Shown here one piece after another: positions 13,496-23,369 of a stretch of 64,000 bases of DNA. The notes beneath the pieces are model-generated. The model did no database searches and was not told where the DNA came from. It saw only the letters and a list, made by a program, of their open reading frames with translations. How positions within the stretch are numbered: the stretch's first letter is position 1; the number at the start of each line of letters is the position of its first letter. Origin of the DNA: Cetorhinus maximus (Eukaryota); NCBI RefSeq assembly GCF_964194155.1, contig NW_027596187.1, forward strand, positions 558,001-622,000. The letters are read 5' to 3'. The translations under genes and the position numbers were made by a program.

Positions 13496-13544
13496 CCAAA
13501 GTAACAGGGATATCTGGGGATACACATGAATCAATTATGAATCA

Positions 13545-15220
13545 TATATGAACAAGGAGCAGGAGTAGGCCATTCAGCACCTCGAGCCTGCTCCGCCATT
13601 TAATAAGATCATGGATGATCTGATAGTAAACTCCTGCCTACCTCTGCTAGCTTATCACCCCGTTGCTTACCAAGAATCTATCCACTTCTGCTTAAAAATA
13701 TTCAAAGACTCTGCTTCCGCCGCCTTTTCAGGAAGAGAGTTCCAAAGACTCACCACCCTCAGAGAGAAAACATTTCACCTCAACTCTGTTCTAAATGGGG
13801 GACCCCCTATTTTTAAACAGTGACTCCTAGTTCTGGATTCTCCCAGAAGAAGAAACGTCCTCTCCACATCCACCCTGTCAAGACCCCCTCAGGAGCTTAT
13901 ATGTTTCAATCAAGTCACCTCTTACTCTTCTAAACTCCAGCCGATACAAGCCTAGCCTGTGCAACCTTTTCTCATAAGACAACCAGCCCATTCCAGGTAT
14001 TAGTCTGGTAAACCTTCTCTGAACTGCTTCCAATGCATTTACATCCTTCCTTAAATAAGGAGACACAATTCTCCAGATGAGGTCTCACTGGTGCTCTCTA
14101 TAACTGAAGCATAACCTTCCTACTCTTGTATTCGATTACGCTGGCAATAAATGATAACATTCTATTCATGTTCCTAATTACTTGCTATACTTGCATACTA
14201 ACCTTTTGCGATTCATGCACTAAAACACCCAGATCCCTCAGCACCTCAGAGCTCTGCAATCTCTCACCATTTAGATAAAACACCCAGATCCCTCTGCACC
14301 GCAAAGCACTGCAATCTCTCACCATTTAGATAAAACACCCAGATCCCTCTGCACCTCAGAGCTCTGCAATCTCTCACCATTTAGATAAAACACCCAGATC
14401 CCTCTGCACCTCAGAGCTCTGCAATCTCTCACCATTTAGATAAAACACCCAGATCCCTCTGCACCTCAGAGCTCTGCAATCTCTCACCATTTAGATAAAA
14501 CACCCAGATCCCTCTGTACCTCAGAGCTCTGCAATCTCTCACCATTTAGATAATAAGCTTCTCTTTTATTCTTCCTGACAGAATGGACAAATTTACATTT
14601 CCCCACATTATACCCCATCTGCCAGATTTTTGCCCATACACTTAACTTATCTACATCTTTTTGTAGCCTCCTTATGTCCTCTTCACAACTTACTTTCCTA
14701 CCTATCCTTGTGTCATCCGCAAATTTGGCAACCATCCCATCCATCCCTTCATCCAACCATTTATATAAATTGTAAACTGTTGAGGTCCCAGCACTGATCC
14801 CTGTGGCACACCACTCGTTACATTTTGCCAACCTGAAAAAGACCCATTTATGCCTACTCTCTGTTTCCTGTTAGCCAGCCAATCTTCTATCCATGTCAAT
14901 ACATCACCCCCTACATCATGAGCTTTTATTTTCCGCAATAACCTTTGATGTGGCACCTTATCAAATGCCTTCTGGAAATCTAAGTACAGTACATCCACCG
15001 GTTCCCCTTTATCCACAGCATATCTTACTTCCTCAAAGAATTCCAATAAGTTGGTTAAACATGATTTCTTTTTCACAAAACCATGTTGACTCTGCCTGAT
15101 TACCTTGAATTTATCTAAGTGCCCTGCTATAGTTTCTTTAATAATAGCTTCTAACATTTTCCCTATGATAGATGTTAAGCTAACTAGCCTATAGTTTCCA
15201 ACTTTCTGTCCCCTTTTCAT
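13545..15220 (-). mobile_element. CR1-type LINE (RT region to 3' end), disrupted
   Basis: ORFs with NYRLVSLTS, SQHGF, YLDFQKAFDKVPH, GVPQGSVLGP, KFADDT, ALEAVQRRFTRLIPG. Confidence 0.95.
14221..14550. repeat. Six tandem copies of a 55-bp CR1 segment
   Basis: TAAAACACCCAGATCCCTCTGCACCTCAGAGCTCTGCAATCTCTCACCATTTAGA starting at 14221, 14276, 14331, 14386, 14441, 14496. Confidence 0.95.
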
Positions 15221-16043
15221 TCAGATGATAAAAGTTGAATAGAGAAAGAAAGATTTACAGGGTAAAGACCATAGAGCAAAGAATTATTGTTTCACTTGAG
15301 TGCAGAGTCCAGAATCAAAAGTCCAATGGTATATTCCTTCAGAAGAGGTTGGCAGGTTAAAGACTGATGCTGAATAATTCACTTTTCCAGTAGAGATGAC
15401 TTCCACAATGAGATAGACGTGCAGAGATGAATTCCCCTTGTAGGTGCTGGTACAGAAGTTTAGGAGTTCCCGTATAAACAGTGTGATGGGGGCCAGGTAT
15501 TCACCTGGACCAAGCCCTTGTTCTGAGCTGCTGCTTGATAGGTGGAAGGTGACAGTCTGATTGGCAGTACAGCAAGACAGGGTAACTGGTTCCTCCAGCT
15601 AGGGGTCATGTCACATGACCCCCACCTGTCCACTATGGCTCTGACAAAGGATGCATATCCATTTGTCTGGATTCTTAAGGTTGTTAATGTTCCCACCATT
15701 AAGAATTTACAAGGAGGTTGCAGGGTCCTTCGTCCTAGCAGACTGGTAGACCCTGGTGGTTTATTGGTAGGTGACCTTTGTAGAATTCCACCGAATTTGA
15801 TCTCTGCAGCCACAGGGGTCATTCGCGTCTCTTCAGAGATAGTGACGTGTCACCTTCTCGAATACAGCCAGAAAGCTCCTTTTGTTCAGGGTTACAGGCA
15901 GGTATAGCTTCTGCCTTGTTAAAGTCTTTGTCCAGTTATTTTTAACAGGTATAGCTTCTGCCTTTTTAAAGGCTTTGTCCAATTTCTTAAAATTTTAGGA
16001 AGGACCCATGTTAATAGGATATAAATATATATATATATGCGTG

Positions 16044-16319
16044 NNNNNNNNNNNNNNNNNNNNNNNNNNNNNNNNNNNNNNNNNNNNNNNNNNNNNNNNN
16101 NNNNNNNNNNNNNNNNNNNNNNNNNNNNNNNNNNNNNNNNNNNNNNNNNNNNNNNNNNNNNNNNNNNNNNNNNNNNNNNNNNNNNNNNNNNNNNNNNNNN
16201 NNNNNNNNNNNNNNNNNNNNNNNNNNNNNNNNNNNNNNNNNNNNNNNNNNNNNNNNNNNNNNNNNNNNNNNNNNNNNNNNNNNNNNNNNNNNNNNNNNNN
16301 NNNNNNNNNNNNNNNNNNN
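16044..16319. other. Assembly gap (276 N)
   Basis: Run of N following an (AT)n tract. Confidence 1.
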
Positions 16320-16409
16320 GGGAAACACAGCAGGATCTTCCGCTCCTACAGAAATCAGTGGAGTCTGGAGTGGCTCGCCGCATTTTCCGGCCCCGCTCCC
16401 ACCAGGAAG

Positions 16410-17625
16410 CTGTTCTTGTCCTTGAGCCCTCAGCCGATTGGTGACACCGCAGCCAGGTTGTGGCATTCTGTATTGGATCCCAATGCATCAGGAAGGGGGT
16501 CGGGATAGCCTGAGAAACGTCAGTGCTGATACCCGGCTGACAAGAACTCTCGAGTGTGTTATAATTAAAGTTCATTTGATTGAATCCTCCCTCACATTCT
16601 GCAGTGCTGCTGGGAATGACTTGTGTGCAATGTAGTTATGGTGGTAAATCCTGGGGAATGCGTCGTCCACCTTCCTCCACATAGTCTCTGAATGCATTGA
16701 TTTCAGAAGTAGATGACAATTTAAACTGCTTGCATAGAGAAGCTATAGTTGATTCTCCATAACCTGGTGACATTTCAGTTGGCCAATAGTCTTTGCCAAG
16801 AAAGCGTGATTGGTCGATCAGACATGCAAACCTGTTTTGGGCTGCAGCGGTTAAACCAGAGCCTTTCAATGACATGGTTGTGAACATTGGATTTTCCAAA
16901 TGATTAACAAGACTGGTAAGAAGCTGCTGATAGTTGATGCTGATAATCTTACTGTCGCTCCCTTTCGAGATCATTCCAAACTTCCCCTGTGTGAATTCAA
17001 CTTTGGCCACAAGAGTTTTTGTGCTTGGTCACTCTCTCAGTCCACACAATAAGTGCAAAGGATCAGTTTGTGTGCATATGCAAGCATTGGAGTGCACTTC
17101 TGCAAACATTCGGAGAGCAGCTAAGTTGATGTAAGGTGTCATACACCAGAGCTAAGTCTAAGAGAAACTTTCTCGAGATAATTCTCTTTAACAGACCCTC
17201 GTAGGTTTTCCTGTCAGATGCAGGTCTTGTTTCATTGGCCATTGCCGGTTCAAAGTACACACATAATGCTTCATAAGACATAGGAGCAGAAATTAGGCCA
17301 TTCGGCCCATCGAGTCTGCTCCGCCATTCAATCATAGCTGATAAGTTTCTCAACCCCATTCTCCCGCCTTCTGCCCGTAACCTTTGATCCCCTTACCAAT
17401 CAAGAACCTATCTATCTCGGTCTTAAATACACTCAATGACCTGGCCTCCACAGCCTTCTGTGGCAATGAATTCCATAGATTCACCACTCTCTGGCTAAAG
17501 AAGTTTCTCCTCATCTCTGTTCTAAAAGGTCTTCCCTTTACTCTGAGGCTGTGCCCTCGGGTCCTAGTCTCTCCTACATAGTTACACCAAACAGCCAGCA
17601 CTGTTCAAAATGAAATTGCTACTGT
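16410..17625 (-). pseudogene. hAT transposase fossil, KIAA1586-like, C-terminal half; interrupted by a CR1 fragment
   Basis: Minus-strand peptides TVLAVWCN|YEALCVYF, FLLDLALVYDTL, YGESTIASLCKQFKL and IPSSTAECEGGFNQMN (hAT dimerisation motif PxSTAxCERGFSxMN); stops and frameshifts present. Confidence 0.8.
17276..17576 (-). mobile_element. Young 5'-truncated CR1 3' end inserted in the hAT fossil
   Basis: TRGHSLRVKGRPFRTEMRRNFFSQRVVNLWNSLP; CATA on both flanks; nearly identical to 58900-59203. Confidence 0.9.
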
Positions 17626-17649
17626 AATGGAGCTGAGAGCTCGCACTGT

Positions 17650-18326
17650 GGGCGGATTTTACTTACATTTACTAAGGTGGTATTTTTTTCACACTGGAGC
17701 AGTTTTATTGCAGAATCAGTGACGCGCGGTGACATCGGGCGGGCGTCCTGACATCACCGCACGTCACCCTGATCTTGAGTTTGGCGGGCGTGCACCAGAG
17801 TCAACTGCGCACCCGCCGAACTGTCAAAGGCCTGTTAAGGCCATTTAAATAGTAATTAAACCAATGAACTGAGCTGCCCGTCCAGCCTTAAGGTTGGCGG
17901 GGGGCAGGCGAAGAGCCCAGGCAGCCTTCGCATTTAATCATGAAACCTCATCCACGGTGGGGTTGAGGTTTCGTGAAGGGTTTATAAATTAAATCAAAAT
18001 TTTTGTTAAAATTCATTGACATCCCAGCTCCTGAGGGGACACGTCTTAAAGTTTTTTTTGTTTTCCTTTATTAAAATTTTCAAAAATCAAAATAATTGCC
18101 TGAGGGAGATTTCTGCACTCTTTCGCGCGCTTGCCCTGACTCAGCTTACTCCCCCTCCTCCTGCACAGGGAGCGTACAGCACCTGCCGGTGTGTGTCACG
18201 CTGGGTGGGCCTTAGTTGGCCTGTCCATGTAAAATGGCGGTGAGCAGCCAATCGCGGGCAGCGATCTGCTACGCACCCACTCCCGGTCAATCCCCCCCAC
18301 CACCGACGGGGAGAAAATTCCCCCCC
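17650..18326. mobile_element. Probable non-autonomous DNA transposon (Harbinger-type MITE)
   Basis: GC-rich arms around an AT-rich centre; GGGCGGATTTT at left and GAAAATTCCCCC at right resemble the termini at 41378 and 42642. Confidence 0.4.
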
Positions 18327-19408
18327 CCGGTGTGTTTGAATTCAGGGTTTTATTAGATTGTTAAAAGTTTATATTTTTTCCCACCACTTTGAAAATAATT
18401 CCCATTGCTGTTCCATGGCTGGTGAGGACTGTGCATAGTGGATACCAAGTGAGGTTCTATGGACGATACATGGGGATCCAAGGGGGCATAGAGGTTGCAT
18501 GGGCAGTTCGATGGGGCATGGGGTGGCACGGGGGATGGGCGAGCGGTGCTTTTTTGGCGATTTAAACAATGTCAGGAGCTGGGCAGCGGGGTTAGGGAAC
18601 TGAGGCCTTCTAACCAACCCACCTCTGCGCCCACACTCCTCACGCACTCCCTCGCAGCTCGCAATATGCACCACCAGCCCGACAAAAGTCACACTGGGGT
18701 CGGGTGCGCACTGCAGAAGGTGCTAAAGTGCACAGGACAGGCTTTACCGAATCCGCATGAAAATCTGGCTCGCTATCAGTGCCAGAAACTCTCAACCAAA
18801 CCGCCCCCCTAACCTTCTCTATCCCAGAGAACACAAGCCCAGTTTATGGAGTCTCTCCTTATCGGTTAATCCTGCCAGCCTTCCTGGTCATTTTCGGGTC
18901 AATCTGCACTGCAGTTCTTCGAAGGCCCGATATATCGGGAATAACCCGGAAAGGGTTCGCACTGCAGGCTGAGGAGAAACAGAGTCAGCTTTTGCCTTTA
19001 TCTCTGAAACGTGAATGATTAGACGCAGTGACGGACAGGAAACGCCCTTCTGTCCTACGCAGCCTGCACCAGACGATTGTGGTACCTTGTGTAGGGGAAA
19101 CATCCGCACACCATTGGAAAGCAGGTGATCTCCTGCCAGAGCTGGAAACCTCGGTCAAATTGGGCACGGGATTCCTGAGTGATTCCTGTCTGACACCTCC
19201 AGCTATCCAAACTAGTCCGGGCCATCTCTCTGGCCCTGCTCATTCCCTGCACCGCCTATCTCCCAAACAAACTGGTTCCCCACTAACCAGATTCAGCTCT
19301 TAATGGGCACTGCAGCCCCACACCCCCCACCCCACCCCACACCCCCGGCCAGACTTCTCGAAGCTTCTTAAAGGGACCGGACACGCGGAGTGTTTCCAAT
19401 CAAGCTGG

Positions 19409-19414
19409 TTTATT
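19409..19414 (-). terminator. Polyadenylation signal of the minus-strand ZNF gene
   Basis: AATAAA on the minus strand about 155 nt after the TGA. Confidence 0.6.
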
Positions 19415-19569
19415 TGACATTTATACATATATATGCACAAGGTTAACCTCAATTGAAACAATTTCACTCACCCCCCCCCTCTCCCTCACCCAGTGCCAGA
19501 ACATCACAGCCAACGCCCTGGCTGTGTTGGGCACCAGCGCCAGCAGCGGGCATCTTCAGGCCCGCGGAG

Positions 19570-20661
19570 TCAGGGGTGAGCGCTCTGGTGCTTGAGCAGG
19601 TAGGAGGAGCAGGTGAAGGCCTTCTCACACTGGGAGCATTTGAAGGGCCTCTCCCCGGTGTGGACCCGCTGGTGTATGCGCAGGTGGTAGGAGCGGGTGA
19701 AGCCCCTCCCGCACTGCGTGCAGGCGAAGGGCCTCTCCCCGGTGTGGACCCGCCGGTGGGTCTCCAGCTGGGACGGGTAGTTGAACTGCTTGCCGCACTC
19801 GGAGCAGGTGAAGGGCCGCTCGGCGCCGTGGGTGGGCTGGTGCGCCTGCAGCTTGGACATGTACTTGAAGCCCCGGCCGCAGTGAGTGCAGATGAAGGGC
19901 CCCTCGCCGCTGTGGACCCGGCGGTGGGTCAGCAGGTTGGAGGAGCAGGCAAAGCGCTTGCCGCACACCGAGCACTGAAAGGGGCGCTCGCCGGTGTGCA
20001 GCCGCCGGTGGATCTCCAGGTAGGAGGGGCAGGCAAAGCGCTTGGGGCACTGGGAGCAGGCGAAGGGCCTCTCGCCGGTGTGGCTGCGCTGGTGCTTCAG
20101 CAGGTGGGAGGAGCAGACAAAGCCCTTGCCGCACTGGGAGCAGGTGAAGGGCCTCTCGCCGGTGTGGCTGCGCTGGTGGGTCTTGAGGTGGGAGAGGCTG
20201 GTGAAGCGCTTCTCGCACTGCGAGCAAGGGAAGGGCCGGGCCACGGCCTGGGAGCAGCTGGCCGCCCCCTGCCCGCACCGGGAGCAGCAGCCCTGGGCGT
20301 AGAGCGGGCGGCCGGGGGCCCGGCCCAGGGGCTCCCCGCACAGGGAGCAAGGGAGCGGCCGCTCCCCGCTGTGGACACGCTGGTGGGTCTGCAGGTTGGA
20401 GGACTGGCTGAAGGCCTTGCCGCACACCGTGCAGCTGAACGGCCGCTCCCCGGTGTGACTCCGCCGGTGGATCTCCAGGTACGAGGGGCGGGCAAAGCCC
20501 TTCCCGCAGTCCCCGCACCGATAGGCTCGGTCCAGGCTGCGCGCAGGCTGCCTCCCGCCCTCTGCCAGAGCCGGGCGCTCCTCACGTCCCGACGAACCGA
20601 CCGTCTCTCTCCGATCCTCTCGCGAATCTCCCTCTGAACTTTCCGGCTGCAAATGCTCCAT
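19570..20661 (-). CDS. C2H2 zinc-finger protein 'ZNF-A', 10 fingers, single coding exon (about 363 aa)
   Basis: Ten CX2C-X12-HX3H fingers with TGERPF linkers, intact ORF, high GC3; acceptor TTTTCACAG|G with exon start at 20672; ATG in gaaATGG context at 20661. Confidence 0.93.
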   Translation of the reverse strand: MEHLQPESSEGDSREDRRETVGSSGREERPALAEGGRQPARSLDRAYRCGDCGKGFARPSYLEIHRRSHTGERPFSCTVCGKAFSQSSNLQTHQRVHSGERPLPCSLCGEPLGRAPGRPLYAQGCCSRCGQGAASCSQAVARPFPCSQCEKRFTSLSHLKTHQRSHTGERPFTCSQCGKGFVCSSHLLKHQRSHTGERPFACSQCPKRFACPSYLEIHRRLHTGERPFQCSVCGKRFACSSNLLTHRRVHSGEGPFICTHCGRGFKYMSKLQAHQPTHGAERPFTCSECGKQFNYPSQLETHRRVHTGERPFACTQCGRGFTRSYHLRIHQRVHTGERPFKCSQCEKAFTCSSYLLKHQSAHP

Positions 20662-20904
20662 TTCCAACAAGCCTGTGAAAACACGGGAGAGAAATTGAGA
20701 AGAATTCCCAGCCTCGAGGGTACGCTCTGTCCCCAGCGCTCCAACCCCTCATCCCACACTTTCCCCCCTGCCTCCCCTCTTTCTCAAAATCAAGATTGTC
20801 CGGCTTCCGAATTATTATTCTCCCCCACTACAGTTCCCCTAGTAACAACTCCGACGGGTTGTCCCAGCCTCGGCGATGGGTGCAGAGGAGAGATTTGTAT
20901 TTGG

Positions 20905-21230
20905 ACAGCCCTCAGCATGAGGGACTTGTTATGTGGAGAGACTGGAGAAGGTCGGATATTCTCCCTAGGGCAGGGAGATTTCAGAGGTAACTTGGTGGAG
21001 GTGTTCAGAATCACGAGGGGTTCTTTGCTTTTGTAAATGAGGAGAGAGTGTTTCCAGTGGTCAGAGGGACACAGATTTAAGGTCATTGGCAAAAGGAATA
21101 GAGACGACTTGGGGAAACATCCTTTACATAGCAATCGGTTGCCATTTGTCATGATCTGCCTTAAGGGGCAATGGAAGCAGATACAATAATAAACTTCAAA
21201 AAAGAAATGGATAAATATTTGAAAAGAGTT
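20905..21230 (+). mobile_element. Decayed CR1 3' region
   Basis: FSL...RGNLVEVFRI and NFKKEMDKYL remnants. Confidence 0.65.
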
Positions 21231-21249
21231 TTTGCGAATTTGCCACGAA

Positions 21250-21700
21250 AGAAAGATTTGCATTTATATAGTGCCTTCCCACAACTGCTGGTTGCCTCAA
21301 AGTGTTTTGCAGCCAATGCAATACTTCCATCCAAAGTAGCCACTGTTGCAGGAAATGCTGGAGTCAGTTCACGCACAGCATGATCCCACAAACAGAAATG
21401 TGCCAATGATTGGTGATGTTGAATGAGGGATTAAAAATTGTCCCGGACACCAGGGAGGACTCCCCTGCTCTTCTTCAGAACAGTGCCACGCGATCCTTTA
21501 CATCCCCACCCCCACCCCGAGGGGGCAGATGGGAGACTTGGTTCAGCGTCTCATCTGAATAACAGAACTTCTGACAGTGCAGCACACCCTCAGTACAGTA
21601 CACGAGTGTCAGCCTAGGTTTTGTACTTCATTCCTCAAGCGGGACTTGAACCCACAACCTTGAGATTCAGAAGTAAGGATATTACTAACTGAGCCACAGG
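21250..21700 (-). mobile_element. Near full-length DeuSINE (SacSINE1-like)
   Basis: Minus strand: tRNA-like head (TGTGGCTCAGTTAGT...GGGTTCAAGTCCC), Deu-domain-like core (GTACTGAGGG.GTGCTGCACTGTC, GAAGAAGAGCAGGGGAGT, TGTTTGTGGGATC) and tail GCACTATATAAATGCAAATCTTTC. Confidence 0.85.
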
Positions 21701-21820
21701 CTAGAGCTTATATTTAAGGGGAGGGAGGGTGACCGAATACCGTGAAACTTTTCAGCAGACCAAAGACGGTCAGGATGGATTTGTACAGAGATAAAAACAA
21801 AAAACTACTGTGGATGCTGG

Positions 21821-21915
21821 AAATCCAAAACAAAAACCGAATTACCTGGAAAAACTCAGCAGGTCTGGCAGACCTGCTGAGTTTTTCCAGGTAATTCGGT
21901 TTTTGTTTTGGATTT
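21821..21915. repeat. Perfect 47-bp inverted repeat with 1-nt spacer, derived from a Penelope-like terminal sequence
   Basis: 21821-21867 is the exact reverse complement of 21869-21915; the right arm also occurs at about 37843-37882. Confidence 0.9.
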
Positions 21916-21984
21916 GGACAGGGTATGTCAGGACCAACAAATTGACTGAAACCTTTGAAGAGGTGACTACACTCACGGACAAAG

Positions 21985-22215
21985 GAATCGTAGAAATTTA
22001 CAGTGTGGAAGGAAGGAGGTCATTTCACCCATCTTGTCCACACCCGCTGACAAGTACCATCCAGCCTAGTCCCACTGTCCAGCTCCTCCTTGTAGCCTTG
22101 TATGTTCTGCCACTTCAAGCGCATACCCAAGTCCTTTTTAAATGTTATGAGGGTTTCTGCCTCCACCACCCTTTTCCAGCAGTGAGTTCCAGCCCCCCAC
22201 CATCCTCTGGGTGAA
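21985..22215 (-). mobile_element. Decayed CR1 3' end
   Basis: Reverse complement of the TQRVVG.WNSL...VVEA and 3' tail region. Confidence 0.6.
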
Positions 22216-22234
22216 AATATAAAAATCCCCTTAA

Positions 22235-23075
22235 ACTAAAAGGTGAAAATTAGCGATAGGCTTGAAGATTGGGGGAAATTTTGGAAACCAGCAAAGGATG
22301 ATTTTTTTTTAAAAATTGAGAAATTAAAAGATGGGTAAATTAGCAAGAAATATAAAAACAGACTGCTGTTTGAGTGAGCCTCTACAAGTATATAAAAAGG
22401 AAGAGAGTAGCTAAAGTAAAGGTTAGTCACCCAGACAATGGGACTGAGAAATGGCCGTGACTTGGAACAAGTATTTTGTATCCATCTTCACAAAAAGAAT
22501 CCCGAGCAGAAAACCAAGTAATGAAAGGGAGGGAGGAACGTAAAACAATAACAATCACTAGAGAAAGAGTGCTGGGAAAACTGAATGGACTGATAAGCCT
22601 GGCTGGCTGGCATCTTAGAGTCTTACAAGAAATGGCTGCAGAGACAGTGGATGCATTGGTTGTAAATCGTTAAAAATGCCCTAGATTCTGGAAAAGTAAT
22701 AGTGGATTGGGAAGGTGTGGATGTAACACCTCTATTCAGGAAAGTAGAGGTACAGAAAGCAGGAAGCTATAGACCATAGGTAGCCTCAAGTCTGTCATTG
22801 GGGAAAATGCTGGAATCCATGAAGAAGAAGGTAGTGGTTGGGCATTGAGAAAATCAGAGTACAATCGGGCAGAGTCAACATGGTTATGTGCAAAGGAAAC
22901 CGAGTTTGACAAATTTATTCGAGTTCTTTAAGGGTGTAACAAGCAGGGTAGACAAAGGGAAACCAGTAGATGTAATGTTTTTTGATTTCCAAAAGGCATT
23001 CAATAAGGTACCTCATTAAAGCTTACTATACAAGATAGGAGGTCATGGTCTTGGGCACGATATATTAACATGGAT
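22235..23075 (+). mobile_element. Decayed CR1 ORF2 fragment
   Basis: ITRERVLGKLNGL, HLRVLQEMAAETVDAL, GATTTCCAAAAGGCATTC (DFQKAF). Confidence 0.85.
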
Positions 23076-23369
23076 CCTCCTCTCTCCTTCTCTCCCATGC
23101 CTAATGACATGAGACAGACAAAGCATACGTGCTTCTGTCTGTTCCCATAGTTAGTTTTACCTGGAACAGGTCACTAGCCTGTCGCCAGAGGCTATAGGTT
23201 GAGGGATGCCACTCCACCTCAAGCTTTGTTGACTAGGAGACTCGTCCTCTCTTATTGTCTGTCAGAGTTGTATTGGAAGGATTTACAGGTTGATAATCAA
23301 CCTTTTTGACCATGTTGTGAATGCAGCTTCCGTGGCCATCAAGTCCTGGAGTGAGACTCCATCCCCCAA

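Noticed and set aside
15919-16575. ORFs spanning the N run
   Set aside because: Artefacts of translating through the assembly gap
19453-20637. 394-aa plus-strand ORF (and 51069-51974 minus-strand ORF)
   Set aside because: Antisense shadows of GC3-rich zinc-finger exons
21630-21700. tRNA-like sequences (also about 9700-9776, 50640-50725, 62160-62232)
   Set aside because: A/B boxes belong to SINE heads followed by SINE bodies; no intact cloverleaf seen
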